The notes under the pieces: generated by a model
The model's database searches: none
The model's input: only the letters and a program-made list of their open reading frames with translations
What the model was told of the DNA's origin: nothing
Assembly: GCA_028534125.1 (NCBI GenBank)
Contig: CM052839.1
Span: 1,798,001 to 1,862,000, forward strand
Length of the DNA: 64,000 bases
Direction: 5' to 3'
Origin: Lama glama
Taxonomy: Eukaryota
Program-made: the position numbers and the translations under genes
In this document: piece after piece, positions 60,075 to 64,000 of the stretch
Layout: each line of letters begins with the position of its first letter
Numbering within the stretch: the stretch's first letter is position 1

Positions 60075-63018
60075 AACATTTGTGACCGGTTAACTTTAAT
60101 TTGTCAAAATAAATCTGCAGTTTTTGCATGTTAGTAATACAGTGCTGGTATTGACAGGAAAAATCATCTGCTTACACAGAAACCTTCGTTTAGGAGCACA
60201 CCTTAGGAGGGAAACGGATACACAATAAAAGGCAAATGCAGGCCGAGCAACGAGCCCTACAGCATAACAGGCTGGACGTCGGATTTGAGGATTATCTAGT
60301 ACAGCTGTTTAGCTGCCGATCTGATAAAGGGGAAGCTCTCAACCAGGTTACAACCAGAAGGGAAAAATAAACTCTCTGCTTTTCCATGAGCGGTGGCCGT
60401 CGTGCCTTCAACACTTGGTTGAATCAGTTCATCAGCATCAAAACTCAATTCCAGTTCCAAGACACAGGAGAATTTTACCACACAACCTACTTGGCGCACC
60501 CCCCTTCAGTGGCCCACTGCCACCCTCATCCTGCCAACTCTCTCCCTCCCAAGACACGACGTGGCTTTGTTATTGCAGACAAGCTTCTTAAGTGAATCAA
60601 GAATGCATACNNNNNNNNNNNNNNNNNNNNNNNNNNNNNNNNNNNNNNNNNNNNNNNNNNNNNNNNNNNNNNNNNNNNNNNNNNNNNNNNNNNNNNNNNN
60701 NNNNNNNNNNNNNNNNNNNNNNNNNNNNNNNNNNNNNNNNNNNNNNNNNNNNNGCCTGGGGGTAGGGCCCACACCTGCCCCCACTGAGGACGGCTCCTTG
60801 GGCCACTGTGGAGGAAGGCTGGGCTGTCCCAATCATGAAGGGTGTGACTGGCAGCCCAGCCACAGAGAGACAACCGGCCCAGCAGGCAGAGCCAGAACCT
60901 GGTCCTGGGGCTGCACACCAGGAAATGTGGGCTTCCTCCAAACGTGGCCACTGCCTGCCCAGTCCAGGCCTCAGCAGGGCCATGCCCGGGCCTTCCGTAC
61001 GCAAGTCCTTCCAGTAGTCCACACACAATGCTCTACATATCAAGAACAAACCATCTTGGTACTGTGGATAAGAGCAGTTGTAACAAAGTCNNNNNNNNNN
61101 NNNNNNNNNNNNNNNNNNNNNNNNNNNNNNNNNNNNNNNNNNNNNNNNNNNNNNNNNNNNNNNNNNNNNNNNNNNNNNNNNNNNNNNNNNNNNNNNNNNN
61201 NNNNNNNNNNNNNNNNNNNNNNNNNNNNNNNNNNNNNNNNNNNNNNNNNNNNNNNNNNNNNNNNNNNNNNNNNNNNNNNNNNNNNNNNNNNNNNNNNNNN
61301 NNNNNNNNNNNNNNNNNNNNNNNNNNNNNNNNNNNNNNNNNNNNNNNNNNNAACCCCCTCGAACTATTTTGTATAATGACACACAGATACCTGTCCCTGA
61401 TGTAGGAAGTCTGCCTCAGACGCAAGGTATTTTGATGCTTGAACTGACACAGTGGGGTATAAATGGAAGTCATCCAGTTTGACAGTCAGTCCTGCAAACA
61501 TTCTGCAAGATTAACACAACTAATTTCCATTTCTCTTAACTGCAAGATTAAAAAAGAAAAAACCAAAAACATAATTGCAACTTAAAAAAAAAATCACAGC
61601 GTCTTGGTTTTAGTATTGTTTTTTAAAAAACACGATGCTTTAAAAACATTAAATGTGTGGCATGATGGCGTAGAGTATCTGTTTCCCTAGCTTTTGGTTT
61701 CTACTTTATGTACAGAGATAAAACATCCTGCTAAGAAATAAAAAGCACATGTCTTAACGTGCACTATCATTGCTGGGTGTCTGCAGGGAGTGCAGACAGC
61801 TGTCTCCCTGAAAACCCCACAAAGCGGATACAAGTGTTTTTTTCAAAGGAAAAAAAAAGTGATGTCCATATTTACAAAGTTGAACAAATCTGCACAATAC
61901 TTAGATTAAGAAATGGAAGGAGAAATTTAAAAAAGATACACTCTGCTTGTTNNNNNNNNNNNNNNNNNNNNNNNNNNNNNNNNNNNNNNNNNNNNNNNNN
62001 NNNNNNNNNNNNNNNNNNNNNNNNNNNNNNNNNNNNNNNNNNNNNNNNNNNNNNNNNNNNNNNNNNNNNNNNNNNNNNNNNNNNNNNNNNNNNNNNNNNN
62101 NNNNNNNNNNNNNNNNNNNNNNNNNNNNNNNNNNNNNNNNNNNNNNNNNNNNGCACTCCTCGGCTCCTGAATAGGAGTCCCACGGCCTCTGTCTGCTGGA
62201 GTCGGCCTGTCCGCACACTTGACTTCTCCTGTCAGCTGCGGCCTTTTCTTACCAAAACACTATTTGTATATTTTGGTTTTTTTTTTTAATTTTTTAAAAA
62301 AGTCAACTACAATGCTATATTCCATCAGGATTAGTATGCTGAGCAATATTTACATCTCCAAATATCAGGTCACAATCCCTATTATATGTTGACGTTAGAA
62401 TGNNNNNNNNNNNNNNNNNNNNNNNNNNNNNNNNNNNNNNNNNNNNNNNNNNNNNNNNNNNNNNNNNNNNNNNNNNNNNNNNNNNNNNNNNNNNNNNNNN
62501 NNNNNNNNNNNNNNNNNNNNNNNNNNNNNNNNNNNNNNNNNNNNNNNNNNNNNNNNNNNNNNNNNNNNNNNNNNNNNNNNNNNNNNNNNNNNNNNNNNCA
62601 GGTTAAAATCAGCCACCCACCTTGACCATATGGGGAGAGGAGCTCTGCTAGTGTTTAGAATAAACTGATTTCTTGGGATTAGAAACAGAAATGCTTATTT
62701 TTCTTATTTTGAAATGGGTTTTGCTTTTTTATGATTGGTTTTAATTTGGGCATTTCATCTTGCCAACTACTATCCTGTTTAAGCAATGCTGTCAGCTAAA
62801 AGGAATTTCTGATTAAACTAAAGTGGTCCAGTGATAAGTGACATACACACCCTACTTTGAACAATCCCAGCCAAATTGGAGAAAAATGCTACTACACTAT
62901 TTTTTAACTAATGTAATGAAATCTCCCAATTTCATGGTTTACTTTTTGCTTTAATAAACTAAAAGTAAGTTGCTGGTAAATATTTACTTTAACCCATATT
63001 TTGACTTTATAATACTGT
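60075..63018 (-). other. VEZF1: VEZF1 3' UTR (~2.9 kb, partly N-masked)
   Basis: Largely AT-rich, repeat-free sequence directly after the stop codon, ending near an ATTAAA signal. The 3' end is approximate. Confidence 0.85.
60095..60100 (-). terminator. VEZF1: Probable VEZF1 polyadenylation signal ATTAAA
   Basis: Plus-strand tttaat reads ATTAAA on minus, with U-rich sequence upstream (GATTTATTTTGAC) and GU-rich sequence downstream (TGTTATGATGG). Confidence 0.65.
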
Positions 63019-63130
63019 TTACCAAGGTGGTGATGTAGGCAAAGCTTGGGGTAAGAAAGGCATGCTCTCTACAGGCCTCATTGCTATATTGAGAGGGGCG
63101 GCTAACGTCATAGGCGTGGGCAGGTTCATC
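63019..63130 (-). CDS. VEZF1: VEZF1 (vascular endothelial zinc finger 1), visible C-terminal part of the last coding exon; the exon probably extends to ~63446 under the N mask
   Basis: Minus strand 63129->63019 translates to MNLPTPMTLAAPLNIAMRPVESMPFLPQALPTSPPW-TAA, the VEZF1 C-terminus as I recall it. The 4-nt island ttca at 63263-63266 falls where the upstream ATG AAC (MNIGHP) is expected. Confidence 0.96.
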
Positions 63131-64000
63131 NNNNNNNNNNNNNNNNNNNNNNNNNNNNNNNNNNNNNNNNNNNNNNNNNNNNNNNNNNNNNNNNNNNNNN
63201 NNNNNNNNNNNNNNNNNNNNNNNNNNNNNNNNNNNNNNNNNNNNNNNNNNNNNNNNNNNNNNTTCANNNNNNNNNNNNNNNNNNNNNNNNNNNNNNNNNN
63301 NNNNNNNNNNNNNNNNNNNNNNNNNNNNNNNNNNNNNNNNNNNNNNNNNNNNNNNNNNNNNNNNNNNNNNNNNNNNNNNNNNNNNNNNNNNNNNNNNNNN
63401 NNNNNNNNNNNNNNNNNNNNNNNNNNNNNNNNNNNNNNNNNNNNNNNNNNNNNNNNNNNNNNNNNNNNNNTTTAGACTCTCAAAACAGTGAACACAATTC
63501 AGTTTCTGAATCAACTTCTTTTAATTAAAAAGGACAAACATTTAATAAATTAAATTACAGTTTTCTACCCCGTGGTCAACAAGAAGGGAGGATCCTTCTA
63601 AGCACAAGACTGGGGACCAGGAATCCCAGCATGAGAGCGGATGTCTTCTCTGATGCTTTGCCTCCCACGAGGACTTAGGCAACTTGTTTAGCCTGGGTGC
63701 TTCTGGTTTCGAGTTTGGATTTACTCACCTACCTCACAGTGAGGCTGGGAACATCAGTTAATTTCTGCAAGGCACTCTGGGGGGCAGAGATATCATGTAG
63801 GGCTAAGTACTCTCACTACCACTTCACGGAGTTCCTCTGAGTTCTAAAGACTTTCCCGGGAAGAGCTAAGCATCTGAAAGCCAGGCGAGCAGACCTGTTT
63901 ACACAGAGCGGGGCCGACGGTCACACAATAACAGATAATCAGAAAAGTCTTCTCAGAAGGCACACGGTAACTAGCAGAAAGGTGTGTGTCCTCCGTGCTA

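Noticed and set aside
63010-63017. miR-200b/c/429 8mer CAGTATTA in the VEZF1 UTR
   Set aside because: It starts within 2 nt of the stop codon, inside the ribosome shadow where sites are generally ineffective.
60506-63514. ORF-track entries spanning N runs (also 16248-16595)
   Set aside because: Artefacts of translating N as X. The 62984-63514 ORF is in a different frame from the real VEZF1 CDS.
1-64000. CRISPR arrays, operons or prokaryotic defence systems
   Set aside because: The sequence is mammalian and has no repeat-spacer structure or dense coding.

Overview
Mammalian genomic DNA, very likely camelid: it carries ten copies or fragments of a tRNA-derived SINE of the Vic-1 type. The right end holds the last exon of VEZF1 on the minus strand. 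Its visible C-terminus is MNLPTPMTLAAPLNIAMRPVESMPFLPQALPTSPPW*, followed by a ~2.9 kb 3' UTR with ATTAAA at 60095-60100. A CpG island at ~47250-48600 contains a non-coding minus-strand first exon (donor at 47903/47904, (CCG)10 tract), assigned to CUEDC1 by synteny with VEZF1. Positions 1-47903 would then be its long, repeat- and enhancer-rich first intron, and no CUEDC1 coding sequence is recognisable in the window. The main unexplained structure lies between the two genes (~55700-59500, plus strand). It is a CCAAT/CpG promoter-like element followed by exon-like blocks whose splice phases chain into one ~283-codon frame. That frame is broken only by TGA/TAG stops, which suggests an unannotated decayed (unitary pseudo)gene lying tail-to-tail with VEZF1. 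The N runs appear to be length-exact masks and cluster on the VEZF1 last exon, hinting at a VEZF1 retrocopy elsewhere in the genome. The supplied ORF track is almost entirely noise. There are no prokaryotic systems, CRISPR arrays or true tRNA genes.
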